A stretch of 62,895 nucleotides of DNA, the filler included, from Globobulimina sp. (taxonomy: Eukaryota): NCBI GenBank assembly GCA_003354225.1. It is 18 parts of 18 records of this genome, joined end to end, with 100 filler letters (N's around TTAATTAATTAA, not from the genome) between each part and the next. Parts side by side here need not be neighbours in the genome. Positions count along the whole stretch, not along the records: positions 10,507 to 13,908 come from PIVH01002895.1; positions 14,009 to 17,409 come from PIVH01002896.1; positions 17,510 to 20,910 come from PIVH01002897.1; positions 21,011 to 24,411 come from PIVH01002898.1; 14 more parts are not named here. One strand, written 5' to 3'. Of the stretch, positions 10,620-21,156 are shown one piece after another. Every line of letters starts with the position of its first letter. The stretch's first letter is position 1. The notes below the pieces were generated by a model. It was not told the origin of the DNA and ran no database searches. It was given only the letters and a program-made list of their open reading frames with translations. A program made the position numbers and the translations under genes.

Positions 10620-11650
10620 CATGAAATATAAAATATGTTTATGTGTATGAAATATGTTTTTATGGTACAATTACCGTCCGAATCCGTCGGGAGTATCTAT
10701 TTTTCTGTAAAGTTTCGAAAAATCGGAGTTTTTGACCTATTACGGTCAAATTTTAAGGTAAATACTAAAAATGGTCAAAAACTGCCGAAAAACGATTTTT
10801 CGCAAAAAAACGAACACTTCCGATGGATTCGTACTGCCATTTTACCCTATAATCCATATTACACAAAAAATTTGTCAACAAGCGGTAATGGACAAAAATG
10901 GTATTAATGACAAAGTTGCAAAGTGCCAATAGGCATTTACTAGAGTTCACTCATTTGCATTCACTTCTCAAATATGACTGCATGCGCTAGACCATAAAAT
11001 GTCTATAAAACATGTTTTCTAAGGTAAAATGACAGTCCGAATCCATCGGGAATGTCTATTTTTCTCTAAAGTTTCGAAAAATTGGAGTTTTCGACTATTT
11101 ACGGTAAAATTTTGACGTACGCACCAAAAATGGTCAAAAACAGCCAAAAAACGAATTTTGACAAAAAAACGAACACTTCCGATGGATTCGTACTGTCATT
11201 TTACCCCATAATCCATATTAAACAAGCATTTTGCCAACAAACGTAAATGGTCAAATATGGTAATAATGCCAAAGTTGCAATAGGTCAGAAGGTAATATAA
11301 GAGTTTACTGATTTGCAATAACTTCTCAAATATGACTGTATGCGCTTGAGCATAAAATTTCTGTTTAATATGGATTATGGGATAAAATGTCAGCCCGAAT
11401 CCATTGGGAGGATCTATTTTTCTGTAAAGTTTCAAAAAATCCGAGTTTTTGACCTTTTACGGTCAAATTTCAACGTAAATACCAATAAAGGTCAAAAACT
11501 GCCGAAAAACGAATTTTCGCCAAAAAACGAACTACTCCGGAGGATTCGTACTGTCATTTTACCCCATAATCCATATTAAACAAAAATTTTATGAACAAGC
11601 GGTAATGGTCAAATATGGTAATAATGCCAAAGTTGCAATGTGCCAGAAGT
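10620..11650. repeat. Tandem satellite with a monomer of about 359 bp, about 3 diverged copies
   Basis: Anchor CCGAATCC at 10678, 11037 and 11395, with long stretches conserved between copies. Confidence 0.92.
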
Positions 11651-11893
11651 TTTAATGAAAAAAAAAGAAAAAATGTACAGTTTTTAAAGTAACATTTTGA
11701 CAATTACAACTTTAAATAGACTTAATTTTACTACTTATTACAATCAAATACATTTTATTGTCGTTTTTATTTTTATTTGCATTTTATTTAATTTATTGTA
11801 TCCATTTCATCTTTTTTGCGTCATTAATTCTCATTTACGCAAGACCGATGATGTAGCGTCAGGTAGTTGGGCGATGTGAGTAATTACAGGTCC

Positions 11894-12127
11894 TACAGTA
11901 TCAAAGTAGGACGCAATGACGCACTACTCCTCAAATAAAAATGTTTTATTCTATTTTATTTTCAAAAAATGTTTCAAAAAGTAAAGTAAATTTTTATTTT
12001 TTCTAGAATGTATAATAAAGAAGTAGAATAATAATTACTAATTAGTGGTGTGAGCACCTCCGGCGTAGGGGGGTTTATCTTGAGCAGGTAGTCGATGTTT
12101 AGGACTTAAGCTTAGTTTGAGACCGTA
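11894..12127. mobile_element. Possible Tc1/mariner-type MITE with imperfect TIRs and TA flanks
   Basis: Left end TA-CAGTATCAAAGTAGGA versus reverse complement of right end TA-CGGTCTCAAACTAAGC (13/18 identical); AT-rich interior. Confidence 0.35.
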
Positions 12128-12133
12128 CACATA

Positions 12134-12277
12134 TTGCGTTTCGAGACTCACTTAATGTTGTTGTACTACCCTGAATAAGGCAAGTACTACTACGGTATTC
12201 AAAGGAAAATTAGTTTAAAATACCGTAGTACTTGCCTTATTCAGGGTAGTACAACACTAGTGAGTCTCGAAACGCAA
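12134..12277. repeat. Long near-perfect inverted repeat (arms about 60 bp, spacer 19 nt); foldback/MITE-like
   Basis: Arms 12134-12199 and 12219-12277 pair except for two small indels. Confidence 0.92.
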
Positions 12278-12422
12278 ATGGTATTGTAAGGGGTAGTGCC
12301 CTTTTAAACTTGTTACCAAAAGTCCCGCTACCACTGCAACTGTCCATTGCCAAGTATATATGGTACCATCATATCTACCATATTCCCCTGACTATAATAT
12401 GTAAATTATTGTGTATTTATAG

Positions 12423-12552
12423 CCAAAGAAAGCGGAAATATGGGTGTTATTTATGTTGTCGAAAGTGAAAATGATTTGAAATGGATTGAAAATGATCCTG
12501 GAGGTTATGGAGATTTTGTAGCTGTCTTGTCTTTGGAAAACTTTACTCATAT
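12423..12552 (+). CDS. NCSTN: Isolated internal exon of nicastrin (gamma-secretase subunit)
   Basis: Flanked by a TTTATAG acceptor and a GTTAGT donor. Translation xKESGNMGVIYVVESENDLKWIENDPGGYGDFVAVLSLENFTH resembles animal nicastrin '[20 protein letters not shown]...YMVLLESKHFT'. Confidence 0.7.
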
Positions 12553-12769
12553 GTTAGTTTTTTGTTTATTTAGTCTATGTTGTTTGGCGGCCATTCCCCC
12601 AACCGGGAGCCCCACGGTGGATGACCAACCACACCTATCTATGGCCTTACCATAATATACATAATAGGGGTACCAATTAATTACCATAGTGCATAGTAAC
12701 GTTACCATTTCTTTTGAAGGACTGACTGTACAAAAGTGCTAAAATTTTAGCACTTCTATTAATGTACAT

Positions 12770-13236
12770 ATATCGATGCTGTTGTGCAAAAACGAGCCAA
12801 GTCGGGAATAATTACTAAATTTGAAATGGTCATAATACAGTGGGGCACTTCTCACTATATATGGTACCAGGTACCAGTACCTGTACCATATATGGTACCA
12901 TACCACTTAGGGGCAAATTTGAAAGGGTACCATATATGGTACCATTTCAAATTCACGATTTAGGGGTACCATATATGGTACCGGCACCATAAATGGTACT
13001 GGTACCATATGTACAGGTAGTAGGTACCATAATATGGTACCACTTGGGGGCAAGTTTGAAGTGGTACCATACATGGTTGGTACTGGTACCATATAGTACC
13101 CCTAGCCCCACCAAGTATGGTACAGGTACCATATATAGTGAGAAGTGCCCCACTGTAATAAGGGTATGAAAGCGATTTACGTTAAATTTTTTAGAAATAC
13201 TTGACTTGGCTCGTTTTTGCTCCACAACGCCGATAT
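12770..13236. mobile_element. MITE with TIRs of about 34 bp (ATATCGATGCTGTTGTGCAAAAACGAGCCAAGTC)
   Basis: GCAAAAACGAGCCAAGTC and GACTTGGCTCGTTTTTGC (13203-13220) pair perfectly; outer ends are imperfect. Confidence 0.75.
12838..13155. mobile_element. Tc1/mariner/pogo-type MITE with perfect 31-bp TIRs, TA target-site duplication and GGTACC-rich interior
   Basis: TA|CAGTGGGGCACTTCTCACTATATATGGTACC ... GGTACCATATATAGTGAGAAGTGCCCCACTG|TA. Confidence 0.85.
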
Positions 13237-13240
13237 GTAC

Positions 13241-13384
13241 ATATCGATGTTGTGGTGCTAAAATGACTCAACTCCAATATTTCTCAAAATTATATTATAA
13301 AACGTTTTCAAACCCTAATTATAACTATTTAAAATTTAGCGATTTTTCTGTAGTTGAGTCATTTTAGCACCACAGCATCGATAT
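13241..13384. mobile_element. 144-bp MITE with 33-bp TIRs (1 mismatch)
   Basis: ATATCGATGTTGTGGTGCTAAAATGACTCAACT (13241-13273) pairs with 13352-13384 and shares its terminus with the 12770 element. Confidence 0.8.
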
Positions 13385-14010
13385 CGATATCATAGGTGTG
13401 CTTGGTCAACCACCTTGGGGGCCCCCAGTTGGGGGGGAATGGTCGCCGAAAATGCTATGGGGCTCTTTTTTTACAGTACAAATTCTCAAAAATCACTCGA
13501 ACCCCCACCCCCCTCTGGGGGATGCAGACCTGCGCATGGGGAGGGGATAGGGGGGGGCTGCCCCCCTGAGCATCGGCCTAGCCCCCCTAGCCCGGGGGAA
13601 GAATTTTCGGGAATTGGGAGATCATGAAATTGGGGCAAAAATCATGTTTTCTGACCAAATATATGTTAATTATTACTCCAAACTGCCCTCAAAACAGGTC
13701 AGAAATCAGTTGCTACCAGTTTACCATCAAAATCTAGCATAAAAAACTCCAGACAAGCTGTCAGAAATTATTTTAAATTTCGATATAATTATCTGGTGTG
13801 GTGTTCCTTAAAAAGTGTTTAATGATTCGTGATATTGCTATTCCTATCGTTTTTTAGCTCAAAAACGCAATATTTTTGCCAAAAATCACAATTTTGGGTT
13901 AGCCCACCNNNNNNNNNNNNNNNNNNNNNNNNNNNNNNNNNNNNNNNNNNNNTTAATTAATTAANNNNNNNNNNNNNNNNNNNNNNNNNNNNNNNNNNNN
14001 NNNNNNNNTT

Positions 14011-16353
14011 GGCATTTATTTATATTTCAAATTTTTGCGGCAACTTTCCAAATTATTTTTAGTTTTATTTTTTTTATCCCTCCCATTATTATTATCATCA
14101 TTGGCTTCTGGCAAATTAGAAAAAACATCGATGATGTTTGAACAAACAACAATTGGAAATTTAGGCGATTCCATTGATTATCAGCGGGTTTACTATCCGT
14201 CCTATATAGATTTTGCTTTTTTAAAAATAGATTATTTTTTTAATCTTATTAACTTTGATTTTGATCAAAATACCAATTCTTTGCATAAACAAGATGCGGG
14301 AATTATGTTTGCGTGGAGCGATTTATTTGGAACAATAATATTTTTATTATTTTTAGTTTACGTATCAAATAATAATAAAAAAGAAGCAAAAGAAACTGAT
14401 GAATCAAATATAACAATCTCCGATTATACCATTTGTGTTTTCGGTCTCCCAAAAGAGTGCTATAACCGAGAAGAATTACAACACCATTTTCAGAAGAAAA
14501 ATAAGTATGGGCAGGTTGTAGATGTTGCCATTTGTTATAATGACACTGGAATAATTAAAAAATATTTACAAAAATCAGCAGCAATGGAAAAATATCAAAG
14601 TGCAATAAAAAAAGAAGAAAAAGAGAAAAAAATAATTGGATTAAAAAAGAAAATTAATAAAGCAAATAAAAAATTATCGCAAATTAAAAGAAAATATGCA
14701 AAACATTGTATTTGTGCATATGTAACATTTAATGACGTACAAAGTGTTAAATCCGTATTATATGACTATCCAAATACATTTTTAGCACGATTATGTATGA
14801 AAAAAAGATTGCAATTCCGAAATAAATATAAAATTAAAATATCGCGAGCATCTGAACCATCTGAAATTATTTTTGATAATATGAAATATAGCAAATGTAA
14901 TGTATTTTTGCGTCGATCATTTACATTTATATTGTCATTTATTGCAATTTTATTGTCGTGCAGTATGAGTTTAACTGCAGCAACATATAGAAAATCACAT
15001 TTACAATCCGCCGCTGCTGAAGCGAGTCAGCTGGAATGCCCAATATTAACAGAGCCATTATCGGAATTACTGAGTGGAAGTAGTGTATACGACAATGATT
15101 GTTTATGTTCACAGCTAAGTATACAACAAATGTACGATGAATATGATTTATGCAGCAATTATTTAAAACGCGTCTCGGTATCAAATGCATTAATTGGTGG
15201 TTCTGCAGTGCTTATTATTGTGATCAATTTAGCATTAAAATATATATCTCGTTGTTTGGTATATTTTGAAAAACATACATCTTTAACCAAGATGGAGAGA
15301 GAATTAACATGGAAAATGTTTGTTGGATTATGGTTTAATACCGCATTAATTATATTATGTGTAAATGCTAAATTTGAAGAATTTAATTTATTTTTTTTAT
15401 TTAAAGGCGAATATGAAGACTTTGAACCAGAATGGTATCAAATTGTCGGTGTCTCATTATTACTGACAATGATTATGAATGTATGCAATCCACATTTGAT
15501 ACCTGTTATTCTTTATCCTTTTGAAAAATGTTTGTTATGGGGCAAAATAAGAAAAATAAAAAAAGAAAAGGATACAAATAAATACACACAAAGAGAATTA
15601 AATGCTTTGTTTGAAGGTGTGCAATTTACATTGGCTGAAAGATACGCCATTATTTGTAATACAATTTATGTTTCCTTTTTTTATTCATCTGGTATGCCAG
15701 TCTTATTATTATTAGCTTCCATTACGTTTTTAATCACATATTTTTGTGATAAATTTGTGTTATTAAAGAAAGCAAAAACACCACCAAAATATAATTCCGA
15801 TATTGCGCAATTTGCATTGACATTAATTAAACCAATTATTTATATTCATTTAGCAGTTTCAATTTGGGTGTATGGCTCCGATACGGTTATGTTAAATCGT
15901 TCAATTATTTTTAATAATAAATTCTATGAATTCGGATTTATAAATGTAATTAGTGAGAAAACATTAAATTACAGCTGTTTGCCATCATTTTTAGCATTAA
16001 TAATTTTAATTACATTTGATATTATAAAAAATATATTAACTACATTTAAGTTGACAAATTGCGCGTCCTTAATTATCAAAAAAATATTATTATGTTTTTG
16101 TCCATGTTGCTGCAAAAAATGCATTAAAAATGAAAATACAATTCATGTACAAGAAAATATTGGATTATTTATAAATGAAATCTCCAAAAATGGTGTTCGC
16201 TTTGAGTCATATTTAGTATCATTTCAAGAATTATATGAACAGGCTTTTTTTAATTGCGATATGCCAAAAGATACAAAAGGATTATTAATAAAAGAGGAAC
16301 CATTATATGTTAAACAGCATTTAATTGCTAATAATAATCGAATTACACTGTAA
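14011..16353 (+). CDS. CSC1/OSCA/TMEM63-family mechanosensitive cation channel, 5'-truncated
   Basis: 'GIYLYFKFL' at the contig start, 'ISDYTICVFGLP', 'CAYVTF', 'RASEPSEIIFDN', 'FFYSSGMP', 'YFCDKFVLL...PPKY'; many TM helices. Confidence 0.88.
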   Translation, partial: GIYLYFKFLRQLSKLFLVLFFLSLPLLLSSLASGKLEKTSMMFEQTTIGNLGDSIDYQRVYYPSYIDFAFLKIDYFFNLINFDFDQNTNSLHKQDAGIMFAWSDLFGTIIFLLFLVYVSNNNKKEAKETDESNITISDYTICVFGLPKECYNREELQHHFQKKNKYGQVVDVAICYNDTGIIKKYLQKSAAMEKYQSAIKKEEKEKKIIGLKKKINKANKKLSQIKRKYAKHCICAYVTFNDVQSVKSVLYDYPNTFLARLCMKKRLQFRNKYKIKISRASEPSEIIFDNMKYSKCNVFLRRSFTFILSFIAILLSCSMSLTAATYRKSHLQSAAAEASQLECPILTEPLSELLSGSSVYDNDCLCSQLSIQQMYDEYDLCSNYLKRVSVSNALIGGSAVLIIVINLALKYISRCLVYFEKHTSLTKMERELTWKMFVGLWFNTALIILCVNAKFEEFNLFFLFKGEYEDFEPEWYQIVGVSLLLTMIMNVCNPHLIPVILYPFEKCLLWGKIRKIKKEKDTNKYTQRELNALFEGVQFTLAERYAIICNTIYVSFFYSSGMPVLLLLASITFLITYFCDKFVLLKKAKTPPKYNSDIAQFALTLIKPIIYIHLAVSIWVYGSDTVMLNRSIIFNNKFYEFGFINVISEKTLNYSCLPSFLALIILITFDIIKNILTTFKLTNCASLIIKKILLCFCPCCCKKCIKNENTIHVQENIGLFINEISKNGVRFESYLVSFQELYEQAFFNCDMPKDTKGLLIKEEPLYVKQHLIANNNRITL

Positions 16354-16525
16354 CATTCTTAATCGAGCTTATTGCGTTGTGTGCTATACTTTATTTAATT
16401 TTTTTATGTAATAATAAATAACAAATTGCAGAGGTAGGTATGATGCAGACCAATAAGTTTAGATTGTTTGGTTCTGCAGCAGTAGTTTTGATTGAGTACA
16501 AAGGTGTAAGTTTTTTGTGCGTCTG

Positions 16526-17409
16526 ATGATGCTTTCTTTTTCTTCTGTATTGCTAGCGCTTTGTCTAACTTCAACTATAATTGTATATAGCCAGCCTACA
16601 GATGATTTAATCACAAATCTTCCAGGAATACATGGACGTTGAATTATAAACAATACAGTGGATATTTAGATATTCCAAAAAATGGATCGATATCCGGACA
16701 TCATTTATTTTATTGGTTTGTAGAATCACAAAATGATCCCAGATCAGATCCCATTGTTTTGTGGCTTACCGGTGGCCCCGGTTGTTCATCACTGTCTGCT
16801 TTTTTCTATGAACATGGCCCATTCCATGTCTATAACACTGATAAACAACCCAATTTATGGAATAACCAGAATTATTCATGGAATAATAATGCATCTGTAC
16901 TGTATTTAGAATCACCAATTTGCGTTGGATTCAGTTATTCTGATGACGCTCAATGCAATATGGACGATAATACCACCGCATCTGATAACTATCAAGCAAT
17001 GTTACAATTTTTCAATAAATTCCCAATGTATCAAACAAATGATTTTTATGTTACTGGAGAAAGTTAATTATATTATTATACGTATACATATAACAATAGC
17101 CGTATACAGTAATTTAATATTTGTATAGGTTATGCTGGCAATTATGTACCGTTGTTGTCGAGAAATATATTAATTGGAAACCAGCAATCCATGACCACAC
17201 AAATTAACATTGTTGGCTTTGCGGTTGGAGATCCTGTTGGGTTTGGTGACAATTTGCCTAATTCAGGTCCATGGTATAATTACTTTCATGGCTTCATAGG
17301 GGATTCCGAATGGGGTCAAATGATGACAGAATGTTGTACCATACCATATACTCGAAAGAGTTGTAACTTTGCTAAGCCATCAACTCAAAAATGTGCTGAC
17401 TTAAGTCCT
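16526..17409 (+). CDS. Serine carboxypeptidase S10 (cathepsin A-like); apparent frameshift near 16630, intron 17063-17128, 3'-truncated
   Basis: Signal peptide from ATG 16526, then 'DLITNLPG' / 'KQYSGYL', '[10 protein letters not shown]', 'EHGPF', '[11 protein letters not shown]'. Splicing restores the catalytic GESYAG motif. Confidence 0.9.
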
Positions 17410-17509
17410 NNNNNNNNNNNNNNNNNNNNNNNNNNNNNNNNNNNNNNNNNNNNTTAATTAATTAANNNNNNNNNNNNNNNNNNNNNNNNNNNNNNNNNNN
17501 NNNNNNNNN

Positions 17510-17716
17510 TCGAATGCAAAAATAAATCAGCGAACTACTTATTTGTTAGAACAAACTCAACAACAAGCCGAGGAAATGTCTGCCCAAGAGGAGGAAATGA
17601 GACAGAACATGGAAGAGTTACAAGCTACGCAAGAAGAAGCAGCTCGTAAAGGAATTGAGATGGAAGGATTCATGACCGCATTAAATAGCTCAAGTTTTGT
17701 TATTCAATACGATTTA
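17510..17716 (+). other. Fragment of a Bacteroidota-type GAF/PAS sensor protein fused to the start of a eukaryotic contig
   Basis: SNAKINQRTTYLLEQTQQQAEEMSAQEEEMRQNMEELQATQEE matches the characteristic post-GAF coiled coil of Bacteroidota sensor proteins; it breaks off at the start of a PAS domain. Confidence 0.75.
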
Positions 17717-18151
17717 CCCATTACTGCCGCATATTACTTTTGACCATTCTCAATTACTGGCATTTACTGCCGCATATTTCTTGTTTATTTGTTTTAATTG
17801 TTTTTCAATATTAATATCTGATTTGCTGTTCGTTTATTTGTTGTTCATATTGATTGCATTTTTTTCGTAATTGTAACTGTTTGTTGATAAGTTTGTATAT
17901 GTGAATGTTTGTATCAGAGTGCACTATCTGAGACGAAAGAGAGAACATTGTCTCTGAAATTTATGCACTGTTTACCGGGACAAGAAAAGTATTGTACGCA
18001 CATGATGTTATCTCGAGAGCATGATGTTTCACTGAAATTCCAAACAAAAAACAACTCAAACATGTCCTCACAAAACACAGATTTATCACATATTTTGATT
18101 CGAAATTCATCGGACTGTTGTACTAAAAACAAAAACAAAGCGCGTCAAATA

Positions 18152-19249
18152 TCAGTGAATCAAAATTTTGTCGTTAATGATGTGATCAATATTTATTTTA
18201 ACATGTTTACCTTCGATCGATCTTTTATTGCATTGAATTAGATGAACAAATTCAGTGACAAACATTGAAGCAATTAAATCAATTATTACATGCGGCACAT
18301 TTTCAATTTTTAATCTATGGACATATCCATTTACTATAAATGACAGAGATGAACTGTTATTCATTAACAATGCTTGAACCTCTCCATACAATTCCATTTT
18401 TACATTACTTTTGAAAAACGCATAGCGGTCCAAATCAAGTATGAATATTTGGTTTGAATCAATATTTTGATCAAATTGTGTGGTGATACCACCAAACATT
18501 AACACATATTTGCCATTGTTACAAGATACAATTCCAAAATTTGATAATTTGACTGGTAGTTTTTGTGTTAATTTGTTCCATTCATCGTTGACTGTTGAAT
18601 ATAGATAAATGGTTTGCATATATTGTCGATCATAATAACGCAAATAATATCCGCCAATTATTAACAATATTTGTCTGGATTCAATATATATTATCCTATG
18701 GCCAGAGAAATTATGTTCAAATTGATGCATTTGATGGAATTTTTGCTGCTCATCGTTCCATATAAAATGCTTTCTGTGTTCTATGATATGCAATTTATTT
18801 TCAATCATGACACTCTTTGGGACAGTAATACTGTTCTCAAGTACAGGAATAATATTATATTTAGCTTTATTTATGTCGATCTTAATGAGCACTGTTGATT
18901 GTTTCGATGCTTTCATCAATACGTACACGACGGGTACATTTGAATGGGTGTTGAGAGTGGCAGTAATTCGCGATGCTGCAAATTGTGATGGATATGTTAT
19001 TGATTCTGTCCATTCGTTTTTCAGTATATTATATATCATAATTTTTCCTGAAATGCAGGTTAAAAAGTTAGTGTCATCCACACGAAGCAATTCACTGCAT
19101 TTTGGAAATAAAAGCGGTTGCAATAATTTCCACCTTTTTGATCGTTTTATTGATGAACCCTTCTTTGAGGAACTATATATTCGTAGAATATCTACAATTA
19201 ATGCTCCCTCACTGGTATAATGAGTGGGTTTGCTGAATTTGTTTCCCAT
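18152..19249 (-). CDS. Kelch-repeat beta-propeller protein with C-terminal GYIR/IP-box motif
   Basis: Probable start MGNKFSK (19249). Kelch GG...W motifs (IIGGY, MFGG); C-terminal 'FIVNGYVHRLKIENVPHVIIDLIASMF'. Confidence 0.82.
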   Translation of the reverse strand: MGNKFSKPTHYTSEGALIVDILRIYSSSKKGSSIKRSKRWKLLQPLLFPKCSELLRVDDTNFLTCISGKIMIYNILKNEWTESITYPSQFAASRITATLNTHSNVPVVYVLMKASKQSTVLIKIDINKAKYNIIPVLENSITVPKSVMIENKLHIIEHRKHFIWNDEQQKFHQMHQFEHNFSGHRIIYIESRQILLIIGGYYLRYYDRQYMQTIYLYSTVNDEWNKLTQKLPVKLSNFGIVSCNNGKYVLMFGGITTQFDQNIDSNQIFILDLDRYAFFKSNVKMELYGEVQALLMNNSSSLSFIVNGYVHRLKIENVPHVIIDLIASMFVTEFVHLIQCNKRSIEGKHVKINIDHIINDKILIH

Positions 19250-19517
19250 TGGTTTCACTTCGCTGAAGTAGGACAGTTTTGATATCATAAAAAATCATAT
19301 TATGTGGAATAAGCAATACTTTTAAGGAGTTGTTCTTATATTGTGCATGCAATATAAATTGAGACCATGATATTGCAATTAAGGATTGCCTAGGTCCTAG
19401 GTCCTAGGTCCAATTGATATTGCGTAATATAAGAACATTAGAACAACCCCTAATGTCTCTTGTACTATACTGAGTTAACAGAGTTTTTCTTTGTTTCTTC
19501 ATCAAACCCATGTTAGC

Positions 19518-20910
19518 ATGAGTTATGTTTCTAGATTGTGTGCCTGGGTCAAAACAAATCGGTTAGTTGATGAAACCAATGATGTTGTGTTAAATAACAG
19601 CATCAATCAAATAATTGCTGCATTGGGTGGAGTTCAATCCTTATTGTTGGAATTAACAAAATCAATAAAAATTGAACAACTTAAAGCAATCAATAGCATA
19701 ATATCCACAGAACAAAGAAAATTCGTTGCAAACAATCAAAATAAATTGGATACATCAAACCTATCAATAACCAGCAATCACGACATCCAAATGGATGATA
19801 CGGACGATGAAGATGATGAAACTAATAAAACCTCATTATTTTTATGGTTAGCAAATGAATGTTTGTCTCATATCTGTGGATATTTAGATAAATCTGACAT
19901 TAAATTATTCAAATTAACATCGCGCCAAACCGGAATTATATGTTTGGAAGAAATGCAAAAAATATCCATTGGTTCATTAAATATTGAAAATCCGTTTACA
20001 AATAAAAATAAAAATGATTTAAATAATTTACATCATTTGACAAATTGCTTTAAAATTAATCGTCATTCAGCAACAAAAAGATATTATTCATTATTTGAAG
20101 AATGGGAATTAAAATATAACATTCCTCAACAATATCAATTAATATTTAAAATGAATAGAGATTTATCATTTTCATTGCTTGATTCGCAAAAGATTCGATT
20201 AACAAAAATACCATCAGAACCATCTGAATATTCAATTGCTGATAAAAGAAATATATTAATATGGAATATGGATAAAAATAATCCAACTGCGAATTATATA
20301 GATCACAATCATAAAGTGATGATCTTAGAATATTTTAATGTCTTTAACCAAACATCAAAGATTATGCAAATTATTATGTATGGAACAGCAAATAAACCAT
20401 CATATGATTCACTTTTAAAATATATATTGAATTCGTTATCTCCTTCGATAAATAAAATGAGCATTCATTCACAAATACGTGTTTACTGCCATATTGATCA
20501 CATCATTGACATGCATGTTATGCCGGTTGTTAATCAAGACACAGATTTGTCAAAATATAATAAACTTACATTCCAATTGGACACTGATGAAGATAATGAA
20601 GAGATATATCCAAATGCTAATGATTTTTGTTGTTCTGTGCGAAGTTTAGATGTACTTTGTGAAAATAATGTTTCTCATTTAAAATCATGTGTAGATCATT
20701 ACAATACAACATTGAGTGATGGACAACAATTATTGGATATTAAGTTGATTGATAAAAAACATTTATTTGCTATGAGTACAAAATCATTTGTCACGCGAAT
20801 TCAACATAAAATATCTCAATGCATATTTAATGGTGTTGTGAATCCAAAATATATCCAAATAACAAATTTGAAGCAGGGTCGAGTTTTAAATAATAATTGT
20901 ATTGAATATA
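19518..20910 (+). CDS. F-box-like domain protein, 3'-truncated
   Basis: ATG 19518 in a long ORF; 'FLWLANECLSHICGYLDKSDIKLFKLTSR' is F-box-like. Confidence 0.6.
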
Positions 20911-21156
20911 NNNNNNNNNNNNNNNNNNNNNNNNNNNNNNNNNNNNNNNNNNNNTTAATTAATTAANNNNNNNNNNNNNNNNNNNNNNNNNNNNNNNNNN
21001 NNNNNNNNNNGATGCTGCGAGTAATGACATTTTTATCTTTAATTTTCTTTTTTCTTTTGGGGTGGAAATATTTTCTTGCAAATTGAGTGAAAATATTTTT
21101 CTTTTTACAAATAAATATAAATTTTAATTAATTAATTACAAAAATTAAAGCAATAT

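Larger units (their letters stand above)
12583..13452. mobile_element. Outer non-autonomous element with GC-rich imperfect TIRs of about 57 bp, containing nested MITEs
   Basis: 12583-12638 is approximately the reverse complement of 13392-13452. Confidence 0.75.

Noticed and set aside
11815-12130. rRNA/5S/ribozyme-like structured RNA (stems GTCCTAC/GTAGGAC and GCGTCA/TGACGC; 'GTTTGAGACCGT' recalling LSU rRNA)
   Set aside because: Similarity is limited to a few bases with no flanking conserved rRNA or ribozyme core, and it is better explained by repeat termini. An Rfam cmscan would settle it.
12860-13130. CRISPR-like array in the GGTACC-rich region
   Set aside because: Repeats are 6-12 bp and irregularly spaced, with no unique fixed-length spacers and no cas genes; the region is the interior of a MITE.
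13500-13600. G/C-run cluster as a functional G-quadruplex or regulatory element
   Set aside because: G-tracts are present, but nothing supports function; it is probably another repeat terminus.
10455-13627. Short ORFs in the repeat-rich contig (for example 12907-13225 'MVPVP' repeats and 13415-13627)
   Set aside because: They are translations of satellites, MITEs and G/C runs; only the nicastrin-like exon has coding support.
19389-19411. (CCTAGGT)3 micro-repeat, with similar CCTAGG clusters near 35244-35282
   Set aside because: Too short and too few to support a regulatory or mobile-element call.
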